Shown: positions 1-9,986, counted from the stretch's first letter. The stretch: 19,312 nucleotides of DNA from Methanothermococcus sp. SCGC AD-155-E23 (GCA_019561615.1 JAHEQA010000048.1:1-19312); one strand, 5' to 3'. The notes: generated by a model from the letters alone, not told the origin. Program-made: numbers and translations.

Positions 1-987
1 TCACATGTGTGGCTCCTACAAGAGGAGGACCTGGCAGGATCCACAAAGGGTGAAGACCTCTACTCCATACTGGAGGAGATTGCCTACTACGCCACAAAGG
101 ACAACATAAAGAAGGCCCATAAAAATATTGAGGTGGAGATAATACCCCAGGAGCCAAGACAGATACCTGGGGGTAAGAGGACAAAGGTGGAGATACCTGT
201 TAATGTGATTGGAAGGGGGAGGTTGCCAGGGGAGGATAGGGAGAGGACTATGGAGAAGGAGGTAACAGTACGTCTACAGATGGTCCAGTGTCCAAGGTGC
301 TCCAGGTATATGTCCAACTACTACGAGGCCACCCTCCAGGTAAGGGCAATGAACAGGCCTCTAACTGAGGAGGAGAAGGAGGAGTTAGATAAATTTGTAA
401 GGAAGGAGGTTGAAAAAAGGTTGAAGAAAGACAGGATGGCCTTTATCTCCAAGTTCATACCTAAGAAGGAGGGGTTGGACTATCAGATAGGCTCCATGGG
501 TGGGGCGAGAAACATAGCCTCAAGTATAAAGGCCAAATATGGAGGGAAGATAAAGGAAACTGCCAAGTTAGTTGGCGTTGACAAGAACAGTGGTAAGAAC
601 CTCTACAGGATCACCATAGTTGTAAGGATACCTGAGTTCAAGGTTGGGGATATAGTGGAGTACAGGGACAAGGTGTACAAGGTAGTCTCCATAAAGGAGG
701 ATAAACTGTACCTGGAGGATATAACAGGGAGGGGGGAGAAGATACCTGTTCCCTGGAGTACTGCCGAGAAGGAGGCTAGACTACTGAAGAAGTGGGAGGA
801 GTGCCCCACAGCTACAGTTATCTCTGTCTCACCCCAGACTGTCATAGCAATGGATGACAGTAGCTACGAGGTATACGAGTACGACAATATATTTAAGGAT
901 ATTGAAGAGGGTGACATCCTCAGGATATATAAAAAGGACAAGGTCAGTTATGTGGTGGGAGTGGATAAGAAGAAGGATATGCAGTAA
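1..987 (+). CDS. nmd3: NMD3 family protein (archaeal homologue of 60S export adaptor Nmd3); 5'-partial, apparent frameshift at ~41-46
   Basis: Frame 1 has the NMD3 core [28 protein letters not shown] and a C-terminal OB-like region. Frame 2 (nt 2-43) reads [14 protein letters not shown], the expected preceding Zn-knuckle segment. The track's GTG start at 7 is therefore not the real start. Confidence 0.88.
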   Translation, partial: SHVWLLQEEDLAGSTKGEDLYSILEEIAYYATKDNIKKAHKNIEVEIIPQEPRQIPGGKRTKVEIPVNVIGRGRLPGEDRERTMEKEVTVRLQMVQCPRCSRYMSNYYEATLQVRAMNRPLTEEEKEELDKFVRKEVEKRLKKDRMAFISKFIPKKEGLDYQIGSMGGARNIASSIKAKYGGKIKETAKLVGVDKNSGKNLYRITIVVRIPEFKVGDIVEYRDKVYKVVSIKEDKLYLEDITGRGEKIPVPWSTAEKEARLLKKWEECPTATVISVSPQTVIAMDDSSYEVYEYDNIFKDIEEGDILRIYKKDKVSYVVGVDKKKDMQ

Positions 988-1016
988 TTTTTAAGGGAAA
1001 ATCCCTATTCCTTTTA

Positions 1017-1032
1017 CCGTTAAGTTAATATA
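1017..1032 (+). promoter_or_regulatory. Putative archaeal BRE/TATA promoter for rpl15e
   Basis: accgttaag followed by TTAATATA (1025-1032), about 70 nt upstream of the rpl15e ATG in an AT-rich intergenic region. Resembles the Methanococcales BRE-TATA layout. Confidence 0.5.
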
Positions 1033-1099
1033 CCATGGGTCACTATCTAAAACCACTTATTTTTTTTATTTAGAATTAAAAACACTGAAAGGGATAGCT

Positions 1100-1684
1100 A
1101 TGGGTATATACAAGTATATTCAGGAGGCTTGGAAGGTTCCAAGGGAATCCTACGTTAGGGAACTGTTAAGGGAAAGGATGCAACAGTGGAGAAGGGAGCC
1201 TGCAGTTGTAAGGATAGAGAGACCTACAAGATTGGACAGGGCTAGGAACCTGGGGTATACTGCAAAACAGGGGATCATCGTAGTTAGGGTTAGGGTGAGA
1301 AGAGGTGGACTGAGGAAGCCAAGACCTAAAGGTTCCAAGAAGCCTGCAACCCTAGGGGTCAATAAAATAACCATGGGTAAATCCATACAGAGGATAGCAG
1401 AGGAGAGGGCTGCTAGAAGGTATCCAAACATGGAGGTTTTAAACTCCTACTGGGTTGGTGAGGATGGAAAGTACAAGTGGTACGAGGTAATTCTTGTAGA
1501 TCCCCACCACCCATCTATCAAGAGTGATCCTAGGTACAACTGGCTATGTACAGGGAAACATAAGGGTAGGGTATTTAGGGGATTAACTTCGGCAGGTAAG
1601 AAGGGTAGAGGATTGAGGAATAAGGGTAAGGGAGCAGAGAAGGTAAGACCAAGTATAAAGGCTAACAGAAGACAGGGTAAGTAA
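1100..1684 (+). CDS. rpl15e: 50S ribosomal protein L15e
   Basis: 194 aa, very basic; motifs [50 protein letters not shown]. Confidence 0.98.
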   Translation: MGIYKYIQEAWKVPRESYVRELLRERMQQWRREPAVVRIERPTRLDRARNLGYTAKQGIIVVRVRVRRGGLRKPRPKGSKKPATLGVNKITMGKSIQRIAEERAARRYPNMEVLNSYWVGEDGKYKWYEVILVDPHHPSIKSDPRYNWLCTGKHKGRVFRGLTSAGKKGRGLRNKGKGAEKVRPSIKANRRQGK

Positions 1685-1694
1685 ACAACTGGCT

Positions 1695-1739
1695 ATTTTT
1701 TCTCTTTTTATCTAACTTATTATCCTCTATTTTTTTATT
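1695..1739 (+). terminator. Putative oligo-T archaeal terminator after rpl15e
   Basis: Several T-tracts (tttttt ctc ttttt ... ttttttt) directly after the stop codon. Confidence 0.4.
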
Positions 1740-1766
1740 AAAGGTTAGACAACTCCCGGTGAAATT

Positions 1767-3752
1767 ATGGGGGATAAGAGTTCTATATTTGAGGAGTTTA
1801 AGGAGCACTCCATCTCTGAATTTTTCAGGAAGAATAGACACATGTTAGGGTACAGTGGTAAGTTAAGGAGTATGACCACTATTGTCCACGAGTTGGTAAC
1901 CAATGCCTTAGACGCCTGTGAGGAGGCTGAGATACTACCTGATATCAAGGTAGAGATTAAAAAACTGGGAACAGACCACTACAAAGTTGCTGTAGAGGAC
2001 AACGGACCTGGTATACCTCCAGAGTTTGTCCCTAAGGTATTTGGTAAGATGTTGGCAGGTTCCAAGATGCACCGTTTTGTTCAATCTCGAGGACAGCAGG
2101 GTATTGGAGCTGCAGGGGTACTTCTCTTTGCCCAGGTAACCACTGGAAAACCTTTAAAGATAACAACCTCTACTGGAGATGGAAAGATTCATATCATGGA
2201 GGTGAAGATGAATATTGAAAAGAACGAGGGGGAGGTACTATCTCATAAGGTTAAAAAGGGAGATTGGAGAGGTACAAGGGTAGAGGGTGAGTTCAAAGAG
2301 GTTACCTACAGTAGGAGGGAGCAGGGACCCTACGAGTACCTTAGGAGGATAAGTCTATCTACACCTCACGCCAGGATAACCCTGGTAGACCCAGAGGAGA
2401 CCATTGTCTTTGAGAGGACCGTTGACAAGATCCCTGCACGTCCAGAGGAGATAAAACCCCACCCCTACGGTATAACTCCAGATGAACTCCTCTACATATC
2501 CCGGAGGACTAGGGCGAAGAAGATCTCCACTATGCTAGTTAGGGAGCTATCCAGGGTAACTCCACAGAGGGTTAAGGAACTCCAGGACTATATACTCAGG
2601 GATAAGATACTGAAGAAGTACAGGGGAAGTAAACTCTGGAACTTGATAGTGAAATGTTACCTCAAGGTGGATATAGAGAAGTATCTTAAAAAGTTCTCCG
2701 AGTATCTAGATAAAAAGGAGATTGAAGAGGTTAAAAATATAATAAACGCCTTACCAGAGAGTTTATCCCAGTTGAAAAACTACTACCTGAAGTACCTTAT
2801 AATGGAACACCTTATAGAGAAGTTAAGTGAGGAAAAACTTAAGGAGGTTAAGAGACACTTTAAGAAGAGACCTGAGAGTTTCATAGATTTTGCAGAGAGG
2901 AACTATCTAAGTGCCTCTACAATGGAGGAGTTGAAGAAAAAACTTAGGGAGATCACAAGGAAACCTAAGGAGTTTATCGAGGCCCTGAAGAACAGGGGCA
3001 TGATATCTGAGAGGGAGTTGAAGAAACTGAGAAGGGAGATAGAGAAACTACTGGATAAACCTCCAAAGGAGATGACCTGGGAGGATGCAGAGTTAATAGT
3101 AAGGGCACTTCAGGATATGGAGTTTATAGCACCTTCCACCACTGGACTGAGACCTATAGGTGCAGAAAACATTGAAAAATCCCTGAAGGCAGCCCTTAAA
3201 CCTCAATTTGTAAAGGCTATAACTAGGAAACCTAAGACCTACAGGGGAGGGATCCCCTTTGCAGTGGAGGTAGGTTTAGCCTACGGTGGAAATGCAGGGA
3301 GGGAGTCTGAGGGTACTAGAAAGATGGAGATAATGAGGTTTGCAAATCATGTACCTCTACTCTTCGACGCCTCAGGTTGTGGTATAACCAACGCTGTAAA
3401 AAGTATAAATTGGAGGAGATACGGTCTTAAAAATGAGGAGGATGTGCCCCTCACAGTATTTGTAAACCTTATCTCCACCCACATACCCTATACCTCTGCT
3501 GGAAAGCAGGCTATTGCCTGTGGTCCTGAGGAGAACGAGGAGATATACAACGAGATTAGACATTCCCTCATGATATGTGCAAGGGAGCTTGAGAAGTACC
3601 TGGCAAGGATAAGGAGGGAGATGGAGGAGGAGAAGAAGAGAAAGTATATACTTAAGTACGCCACTATCTTTGCAGAGGGGCTGGCCAACATAACCAACAG
3701 ACCTAAGGAGGAGATAGAGAGGAAGATAGTGGAGTTGCTAAGTAAAAGTTAA
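1767..3752 (+). CDS. top6B: DNA topoisomerase VI subunit B, with a large internal helical insertion
   Basis: GHKL ATPase motifs [27 protein letters not shown]; transducer motifs RFANHVPL and [10 protein letters not shown]; RBS GGTGA upstream. Confidence 0.97.
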   Translation: MGDKSSIFEEFKEHSISEFFRKNRHMLGYSGKLRSMTTIVHELVTNALDACEEAEILPDIKVEIKKLGTDHYKVAVEDNGPGIPPEFVPKVFGKMLAGSKMHRFVQSRGQQGIGAAGVLLFAQVTTGKPLKITTSTGDGKIHIMEVKMNIEKNEGEVLSHKVKKGDWRGTRVEGEFKEVTYSRREQGPYEYLRRISLSTPHARITLVDPEETIVFERTVDKIPARPEEIKPHPYGITPDELLYISRRTRAKKISTMLVRELSRVTPQRVKELQDYILRDKILKKYRGSKLWNLIVKCYLKVDIEKYLKKFSEYLDKKEIEEVKNIINALPESLSQLKNYYLKYLIMEHLIEKLSEEKLKEVKRHFKKRPESFIDFAERNYLSASTMEELKKKLREITRKPKEFIEALKNRGMISERELKKLRREIEKLLDKPPKEMTWEDAELIVRALQDMEFIAPSTTGLRPIGAENIEKSLKAALKPQFVKAITRKPKTYRGGIPFAVEVGLAYGGNAGRESEGTRKMEIMRFANHVPLLFDASGCGITNAVKSINWRRYGLKNEEDVPLTVFVNLISTHIPYTSAGKQAIACGPEENEEIYNEIRHSLMICARELEKYLARIRREMEEEKKRKYILKYATIFAEGLANITNRPKEEIERKIVELLSKS

Positions 3753-3764
3753 AGGGTGTTTACT

Positions 3765-4370
3765 ATGAAGAAGAGTTTAATAAAAAGGGTACTTGAACTT
3801 AGGGATGCAGGACTTACAGCTGTAGACATTGCAGAGGAGTTAAATATCTCTGTGGATACTGCCCTCTACCTGGTATTAAATGGGGAGAGACTTCTAAAGG
3901 AATCTGAGGAGGTAGAGAAGAAGGTAGATATCTTTGTCAACTGGGACGATATAAAGATCTCCCCAAAGAGGTTGAGATGTATCACCTCCATCATGTGTGA
4001 TATGATAAGTGATATAGACTTTGACGTAGTACTTGGTATATCAACAGGTGGGATACCCCTAGGTACCCTAATTGCCGAGGAGTTAGATAGAGACTTCTCC
4101 ATATATATACCTAAAAAGCATCTCAAGGAGAGAGGTAAGACTAGAGGGTTTATAGGGCATAACTACCAGAGTATTAAGGGTAGAAGGATAGTGGTAGTAG
4201 ATGATGTAATAACCTCTGGAAACACTATAAAGGAGACTATAAACTATGTGAAAAGTATTGGGGATGCCCAGGGTGCCATAGTAGTAATAGACAAAAGTGG
4301 TATCGAGGATATAGATGGAGTACCTGTAAGGGCTCTCTTCAGAGTGGGGACTGTTGAACTCTCCAGGTGA
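3765..4370 (+). CDS. gfcR: PyrE-like protein with N-terminal HTH (GfcR-family transcriptional regulator)
   Basis: N-terminal HTH (ELRDAGLTAVDIAEELNIS) plus type I PRTase fold with PRPP loop VVVDDVITSGNT. ATG 3765 preferred because GGGTG at 3754-3758 looks like its RBS; the track starts at GTG 3756. Confidence 0.82.
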   Translation: MKKSLIKRVLELRDAGLTAVDIAEELNISVDTALYLVLNGERLLKESEEVEKKVDIFVNWDDIKISPKRLRCITSIMCDMISDIDFDVVLGISTGGIPLGTLIAEELDRDFSIYIPKKHLKERGKTRGFIGHNYQSIKGRRIVVVDDVITSGNTIKETINYVKSIGDAQGAIVVIDKSGIEDIDGVPVRALFRVGTVELSR

Positions 4371-4375
4371 AGTTT

Positions 4376-5161
4376 ATGATTATCACCATAGCCTCTGGAA
4401 AGGGAGGTGTGGGAAAGACCACTGTAACTGCAAACCTGGGGGTGGCACTTTCCAAGATTGGAAAGAAGGTTCTCCTGGTAGATGGAGATATCTCCATGGC
4501 CAACTTAGGTATTATATTTAACCTGGAAAAGAAGAGACCCTCTCTACATGAGGTTCTTGCAGGTGAATGTGAGGTTAGAGAGGCCATATATAGACATGAA
4601 AGTGGGGTAGATGTACTTCCTACAAGTCTCTCCATCGAGGGGTATAAAAAGTCAGATTTAGACCTCTTTCCAGAGGTTATATCGGAGGTTGCAGATAACT
4701 ACGACTATGTACTTATAGATGCCCCTGCAGGGTTGAACAGGGATATGGCAATTCACCTAGCAGTTGCAGATAAGGTACTTATCGTTTTAACCCCAGAGTT
4801 GTTCTCCATCTCAGATGGACTTAAGATAAAACAGAGTAGTATGATGGCTGGGACCCCTATCCTAGGGGTGGTTCTAAATAGGACTGGTAGAGACTTTGGG
4901 GAGATGGGTGCTGAAGAGATAGAAACCATAATAGAGGAGAAGGTTATCTGTACAATCCCAGAGGATGAGAATGTAAGGAATGCCACCTTGAAGAGGATGA
5001 GTGTTATAGAGTACGCCCCAAAGTCCCCCGCTGCACTGGCCCATATGGAGTTAGCCCTCAAGATCGTAGGCTCCTACGTGGATATTCGTAGGATAGAGGA
5101 GGTATACAGGGAGGGTATTCTAGAGAGGGTAAAGAGGTTACTCCGAAGAATTATAAGGTAA
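4376..5161 (+). CDS. minD: MinD/ParA-family ATPase (archaeal MinD)
   Basis: Deviant Walker A SGKGGVGKTT, DGDISMANL, Walker B LIDAPAG, IPED, C-terminal amphipathic basic helix (ILERVKRLLRRII). ATG 4376 follows RBS AGGTGA; the track starts at GTG 4367. Confidence 0.9.
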   Translation: MIITIASGKGGVGKTTVTANLGVALSKIGKKVLLVDGDISMANLGIIFNLEKKRPSLHEVLAGECEVREAIYRHESGVDVLPTSLSIEGYKKSDLDLFPEVISEVADNYDYVLIDAPAGLNRDMAIHLAVADKVLIVLTPELFSISDGLKIKQSSMMAGTPILGVVLNRTGRDFGEMGAEEIETIIEEKVICTIPEDENVRNATLKRMSVIEYAPKSPAALAHMELALKIVGSYVDIRRIEEVYREGILERVKRLLRRIIR

Positions 5162-6316
5162 TTTATCTCCTATTTTATCTAAAATATATCTCTCCAACTC
5201 CCTGGCCTTCTCCAACTCCCCCCTAGTTACAGGATACCTAGGTACTGCAAAGCATCTTAACTCCTTACTTGTGGAGATGTCATAGGTTCCTATTCTCTTT
5301 GCAATATCCACTATCTCCACCTTGTCCAATCCAATGAGGGGGCGGAACACAGGGTAGGAGATACCCTCACTAACTAGGTAGATATTCCTCAAGGTCTGGG
5401 ATGCAACCTGCCCTATGCTATCTCCAGTTGTAATACCTTCACAGGCAAATCTCCTTGCATACTCCTGGGCTATTTTCAACATAATCCTCTTACATACTAT
5501 ACAGGTGTACCTCTCCTCACCTATCTCCTCCAGTAACGCCCTTATAGATTTTAGGATCTCCCTGTAGTCGAAAACCACAAGTTTTGAGGTTGGATCGTAA
5601 TCCCTAAGTACCTCGTATATCTTTTTAACCTTCTCCAACCCCTCCTCACTGATTTTTAGGTGGAGGAGTACAGTGCCACAACCCCTCTTCATCATGAGGA
5701 ATGCTGCAACTGGACTGTCGATTCCATCGGAGAGTAGTACTAAAACCTTCCCCTGACTGTTGACAGGTAGACCTCCTACACCTCTAAACACCTCTGTAAA
5801 TACATAGGCCCTATCTATAATCTCTATTCCAAGGGTTATCTCGGGGTTCTTTAGATCCACCTTGAGGGTGATATCCCCTGGCCCAATTCCCTGGAAGTAC
5901 TTCAGTATACGCTCCCCAATGTACCTGTTTACCTCCACAGAGGTTAAGGGAAAGTTCTTCTTAACCCTCTGGGTTTTTACCCTAAAGGTTACCTTATCCT
6001 TTCCCAACTCTTTAACCCTCCTGAGAAAGACCTCCAGAGCTGTTCTTTCAATCTCCTCCAGATCTAGGTTGCACTCTACAGAGGGGCTGAAGGATACAAT
6101 ACCAGGCACCCTCTTTAAGACAGAGATAACCTTCTCTAAGTTGTTGTCCTCTAACTCTAGAAGTAGCCTTCTATGGAGTGTCCTTATATTCCCCTCTATC
6201 CCATACCTCTTAAGGGCTAACTTGATGTTGTTCTTAAGGATCTCCTCAAATCTCCTCCTGGTCTCCCTGGATTTGATCCCTATCTCTCCATATCTTATAA
6301 GTACTTTGTTAAACAT
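5138..6316 (-). CDS. thiI: tRNA 4-thiouridine(8) synthase ThiI, methanogen type without rhodanese domain
   Basis: LIRYGEIGIKS start, THUMP domain, PP-loop LLSDGIDSPVA, GDSIGQVASQT, RPLIGLDK; CxxC (CIVC) plus distal Cys (CFAVP). Real start is probably ATG 6316 (MFNKVLIRYGE); the track's extension to 6388 overlaps the upstream gene. Confidence 0.95.
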   Translation of the reverse strand: MFNKVLIRYGEIGIKSRETRRRFEEILKNNIKLALKRYGIEGNIRTLHRRLLLELEDNNLEKVISVLKRVPGIVSFSPSVECNLDLEEIERTALEVFLRRVKELGKDKVTFRVKTQRVKKNFPLTSVEVNRYIGERILKYFQGIGPGDITLKVDLKNPEITLGIEIIDRAYVFTEVFRGVGGLPVNSQGKVLVLLSDGIDSPVAAFLMMKRGCGTVLLHLKISEEGLEKVKKIYEVLRDYDPTSKLVVFDYREILKSIRALLEEIGEERYTCIVCKRIMLKIAQEYARRFACEGITTGDSIGQVASQTLRNIYLVSEGISYPVFRPLIGLDKVEIVDIAKRIGTYDISTSKELRCFAVPRYPVTRGELEKARELERYILDKIGDKLPYNSSE

Positions 6317-6324
6317 GTTAACCC

Positions 6325-7251
6325 TTAACCTAAAATCTTCTTCAAGATAGGTAGAATTATCAGTGAGGAGATAGTTGTTATAAAGCATGCCGAGGCTACC
6401 AACTTAACATCCAGTCTGTAGAGGAGGGAGAATACAAGGGACATCATTGCAGAGGGCATTGAAGATTGAAGGATCAAAACCTTCCTCTCCAACCCCTCTA
6501 TGGAGAGGAGGAGGGAGAGGAGAAGTGCAAGAAGTGGTGCAACACCTGTTCTAACTAGAAGTGCCAGGATACCGTATTTAATAGCAAACCTTGTGGAACT
6601 TGGAGAGAGTGATAATCCCAGGGAAATCATGATTAGAGGTACAGTGGCTTTAGAGAGATAATTTAAGGTATCTACAAGGAAGGTTGGGATATCCTCAATC
6701 TCCATACCTAGGATTACACATAGGATACTGAGGATACATGCTAAAAAGGGTGGGAACTTTAGAAGTTCTTTTAGGATGTAGAGGGATGTGTTCCTCTCCC
6801 CCTTTCCCTCTCCAAAGGTTACACCTACAAAGGTGCCTATTAGGAGACTGGCGATAACACTTCCCATATCACAGAATATGGCCCTTACAAGACCAGGGTC
6901 ACCGTAGAAACCGTAGATCACAGGATAACCTAAGAAGCCAGTATTTCCCAGGGCACAGACTAGGATCAAACCACCTATAGATCTCCTCTCCAATTTTAGA
7001 TACCTTCCAAGGATATAGCCTACAACACCACAGATACTAAAGATAAGAAATATTGAGATTGGTAATTTTATAAATAGGGGTAACTCCTTTGGAGATACAT
7101 TTTTTAGTATAGTTAGGAAGACTGTTGAGGGCATGGAGATGTAGACTACTACCTTGTTAAGTACAGATCTATCCTCCTCCCTCAGTATCCCCAGGTATTT
7201 TGAGATATAGCCGATGAAGATAAGGGAGACTATTACAGACATTACCTCCAT
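6325..7251 (-). CDS. AEC (auxin efflux carrier) family membrane transporter
   Basis: 308 aa with about 10 hydrophobic segments; family motifs GNTGFLGYP and SMPSA; RBS GGTGA upstream. Confidence 0.88.
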   Translation of the reverse strand: MEVMSVIVSLIFIGYISKYLGILREEDRSVLNKVVVYISMPSTVFLTILKNVSPKELPLFIKLPISIFLIFSICGVVGYILGRYLKLERRSIGGLILVCALGNTGFLGYPVIYGFYGDPGLVRAIFCDMGSVIASLLIGTFVGVTFGEGKGERNTSLYILKELLKFPPFLACILSILCVILGMEIEDIPTFLVDTLNYLSKATVPLIMISLGLSLSPSSTRFAIKYGILALLVRTGVAPLLALLLSLLLSIEGLERKVLILQSSMPSAMMSLVFSLLYRLDVKLVASACFITTISSLIILPILKKILG

Positions 7252-7716
7252 CTATTCACCAGGTGACCTTTTTAAAAGCCTCCCCTCTGTATCGATCTCC
7301 CCCCTTCTTATCCTCGTTGTAGATATAGGTTTTCTGTCCTCTCCTAACACATAGTCAAAAACTACTATCTCCAGAGGTTTTAAGTTGTTCCTTATCCTTA
7401 TCTCATTTATCTTCCTGGCGTTTTTTTCAGTCTCTCTAGTCACTACTATGATGTCGTAGTCCTTAACTGTGGCATCTCCGTAGGGATCCTCTATTACCAC
7501 TATGTGATAGGGTACATTTAGGGTGTCTAGGAAGTCCTTTAAATTCTTCAATCTAACACTGAGGGGATTTACACTGTGGGACTTGTAGGTTTTTGCAAAA
7601 CTATCTGAGGTTATACCTACGTAGAGTTCTCCAAGTTTAGAGGCATACTTTAAAAGCTCCTTATGCCCCCTGTGAAGTATGTCGAAGGTACCTCCCACTA
7701 CCACCTTTTTAGGCAT
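7252..7716 (-). CDS. coaD: Phosphopantetheine adenylyltransferase, archaeal/eukaryotic type
   Basis: [12 protein letters not shown] (HxGH), DPYG, IVVTRET, ISTTRIR. Confidence 0.92.
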   Translation of the reverse strand: MPKKVVVGGTFDILHRGHKELLKYASKLGELYVGITSDSFAKTYKSHSVNPLSVRLKNLKDFLDTLNVPYHIVVIEDPYGDATVKDYDIIVVTRETEKNARKINEIRIRNNLKPLEIVVFDYVLGEDRKPISTTRIRRGEIDTEGRLLKRSPGE

Positions 7717-7731
7717 CCTATCCCAGAGAGA

Positions 7732-8241
7732 TTATATCTTACTTACTACAACTTCAAGGGCCTTCATAAAGGCATCCTTTTCAGGTATCACAACTGCAAC
7801 TGGTATCCTTACCACCTTCTCGATACTGGAACTTACTATAGGTGCACATATTATAGCCTTGACCCCATCCCTCTCCGCCTGGATAGCGGCAACTATACAG
7901 TCCTCCAGGGAGTTTGCAGGATACTCCTGGAGTATATACTTCTTATCTCGGACTTTAAACACCCTGGTTTTTATATTGTTCAGGGAGGGTCTTGCCGCAA
8001 TAACTGCTATCTTATCTACCTCATCCCTTATCTCAAATTTCTTCACTGTCTCAATTATTTTTTTAAGGGTGGATACTCTAAAGTCTCCCCCCTGCATTAT
8101 CTTGTAGAGGGTACCGTAGGGGATTCCAGATAACTCAGAGAACTCCTTAAGGGGTATGTCAAGTTCCAATAACACCCTTTTAAATTCCTCTGGAAACTTA
8201 TCAGATTCTATACTTAAGAGGAGTCTCTCGTAGGCCTTCAT
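7732..8241 (-). CDS. XRE-type HTH predicted transcriptional regulator (archaeal COG2522-like)
   Basis: N-terminal HTH LKEFSELSGIPYGTLYKI..GDFRVSTL; C-terminal alpha/beta domain with IAVIAAR and AERDGVKAIICAPIVS. Confidence 0.8.
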   Translation of the reverse strand: MKAYERLLLSIESDKFPEEFKRVLLELDIPLKEFSELSGIPYGTLYKIMQGGDFRVSTLKKIIETVKKFEIRDEVDKIAVIAARPSLNNIKTRVFKVRDKKYILQEYPANSLEDCIVAAIQAERDGVKAIICAPIVSSSIEKVVRIPVAVVIPEKDAFMKALEVVVSKI

Positions 8242-9212
8242 ACTCTCTCCCTTAACTCCCTCTCAAACTCCTCTGAGGCTTTAACCATAACCCTCAACTT
8301 TTCATAGGCTACATCTACAGGTAGAGGTCTCATACCACAGTCTGGATCTACCATCATGTACTTCTCCAATCTCTCCAGTAGGTCCTCCCTACCTCTCACA
8401 TCAGAAAATAGAGGGTTATTCCTTAGGATCTCTAGAGCCTCATGTAGTAGATCCTTAACATCATCTACAGATTCCACCCACTTTACCCTGGTGTTTATAC
8501 ATCCAAAACCTATCCTCTTACTAATACCCTCTAGAATATCTAGGTTCTTTCTATTGGATGCAAACTCATGATCTAGGATATCCACCTTGAAGGTGTTCAA
8601 CTCCTGAGAGATATCTGAGACATCCCCACATACATGTAGTACTACAGGTACCTTGATATTTTCACATATCCTTTTAATGGCCCTCCTTGCAGTGTCTAAA
8701 TCGTAGAGACCTGTGGAAAGTATAGGCTCATCTATCTGTATCATGGATACGTAGTTCTGGATAGACTCTGCCTCCCTCTTCAATGCATTTGCCAGATCGT
8801 ATATCAGGGTTTCATCCCTGTTGTCACTGTAGTAATCCTCTACCTTTACAGATGCTGCAATGGTACAGGGACCTGTTATTATTCCTTTAACCCCCTTATT
8901 TCCCGAGTATCTACTTAATATCTCCCTAACAAACTTTATATCCTTTAGGGTGATAGGCTCAAGGAATTCAATCTTTCCCACAACCCTCTTACCCTGGAAA
9001 CCGTAGAGACCATTTACAAATATCTCTATCATGTCCCCCCTTACCTGCCCGTCACTTACAATATCTATCCCTGCCCTTAACTGATCTTTTACAGCCCTCT
9101 CAATGGCATATTTATACCTGTCATAGAGGCCAAGGATGTCCAGTATCTTTTCCCACAGATGCTCAGGTTCCCTTGTCACCACTGGATAACTACCAACTAC
9201 AGTTTTTATCAT
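8238..9212 (-). CDS. metE: Methionine synthase, catalytic-domain-only (core) archaeal MetE
   Basis: 324 aa single barrel; TVVGSYP, SDGQVR, ITGPCT, IQIDEP; Zn ligands HVC...E...PDCG. Confidence 0.93.
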   Translation of the reverse strand: MIKTVVGSYPVVTREPEHLWEKILDILGLYDRYKYAIERAVKDQLRAGIDIVSDGQVRGDMIEIFVNGLYGFQGKRVVGKIEFLEPITLKDIKFVREILSRYSGNKGVKGIITGPCTIAASVKVEDYYSDNRDETLIYDLANALKREAESIQNYVSMIQIDEPILSTGLYDLDTARRAIKRICENIKVPVVLHVCGDVSDISQELNTFKVDILDHEFASNRKNLDILEGISKRIGFGCINTRVKWVESVDDVKDLLHEALEILRNNPLFSDVRGREDLLERLEKYMMVDPDCGMRPLPVDVAYEKLRVMVKASEEFERELRERV

Positions 9213-9215
9213 AAA

Positions 9216-9968
9216 CTACTCCTCCTCTTTCTCCTTCTCTTCCTCTACCTTAAATATCTCACTTAACTTCTCCCTTAACTTGTCTCTACCCTCTTTACCC
9301 CTTATCTCGTATATCTTCAAGGGTGTAAAGAGGTTGTATATCTCCCCCTCGTCTATACCTATGTCCTTAGCTCTAGCCTGGCATATCCTTATGGCTATGT
9401 CGTTTAGGGTTGCATCTATAGTATCTGCGTAGTGAAGTATCCATGCCTCTATAGTGTCAGGCTTCATAGACCCGTACTCCCCGTGGTGGGAGGCTACCAA
9501 CTTTATAACCTCTATAGGGAAATCCCTCTTGTAAAGTTCTGCAACTGCCAGGGTAAGATGCTCAAGGTGAAACTTTGGGATGTGATCGTACCCCTCTCCT
9601 TCACTACCCTCTATATAGTTAAAGGGCTTCATGATGTCATGGAGTAGTGCCCCTGCTATCAGTACATCCCTGTTAATATCTAGGCCGTAAACCTCCTCCA
9701 GGGCCTCTGCTATCTTTAAAGCAATCTTCGTTGTAGCTATGGTATGTTCAATTAAACCTCCCCTGTACTTGTGATGCCACCTTATACTTGCAGGTGAATC
9801 CTCTATAGAGATGTTTGTATCCTCAATATCCCTATGTGTTGGAAAGGGGTTCTTTAAAAATTCTATAACCTTCTCCCTTAGACTTTCATCTTTTATCTCC
9901 TTTGCCAGGGATATAAGATCCTCAAGGGTATACCTCTTTCTCCTGTATTCCTCCTTTTTATCTTCCAT
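9216..9968 (-). CDS. mptB: HD-domain phosphodiesterase, probable dihydroneopterin 2',3'-cyclic phosphate phosphodiesterase (methanopterin biosynthesis)
   Basis: SPAS..WHH.Y.GGLIEHT, LLHDIMK, HLTL, SHHG, HYAD; matches my recollection of Methanocaldococcus MptB along its length. ATG 9968 follows RBS AGGTGA; the track starts at GTG 9977. Confidence 0.8.
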   Translation of the reverse strand: MEDKKEEYRRKRYTLEDLISLAKEIKDESLREKVIEFLKNPFPTHRDIEDTNISIEDSPASIRWHHKYRGGLIEHTIATTKIALKIAEALEEVYGLDINRDVLIAGALLHDIMKPFNYIEGSEGEGYDHIPKFHLEHLTLAVAELYKRDFPIEVIKLVASHHGEYGSMKPDTIEAWILHYADTIDATLNDIAIRICQARAKDIGIDEGEIYNLFTPLKIYEIRGKEGRDKLREKLSEIFKVEEEKEKEEE

Positions 9969-9986
9969 TTTACTCACCTGATAATT

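Noticed and set aside
994-1006. Hairpin AGGGA-AAA-TCCCT after nmd3
   Set aside because: The 5-bp stem is too short to distinguish from chance.
2590-3048. Intein in Top6B
   Set aside because: No Cys/Ser N-terminal block, no His-Asn C-terminal junction and no homing endonuclease motif.
5862-8133. Longer antisense ORFs (5862-6350, 7663-8133, 7679-8107) and the other small opposite-strand ORFs in the track
   Set aside because: They overlap well-supported genes on the opposite strand, have compositions typical of reverse-complemented coding DNA, and show no motifs.
9216-9968. HD protein as a Cas3''/defence nuclease
   Set aside because: No cas genes or repeats nearby, and the sequence fits the housekeeping MptB family.
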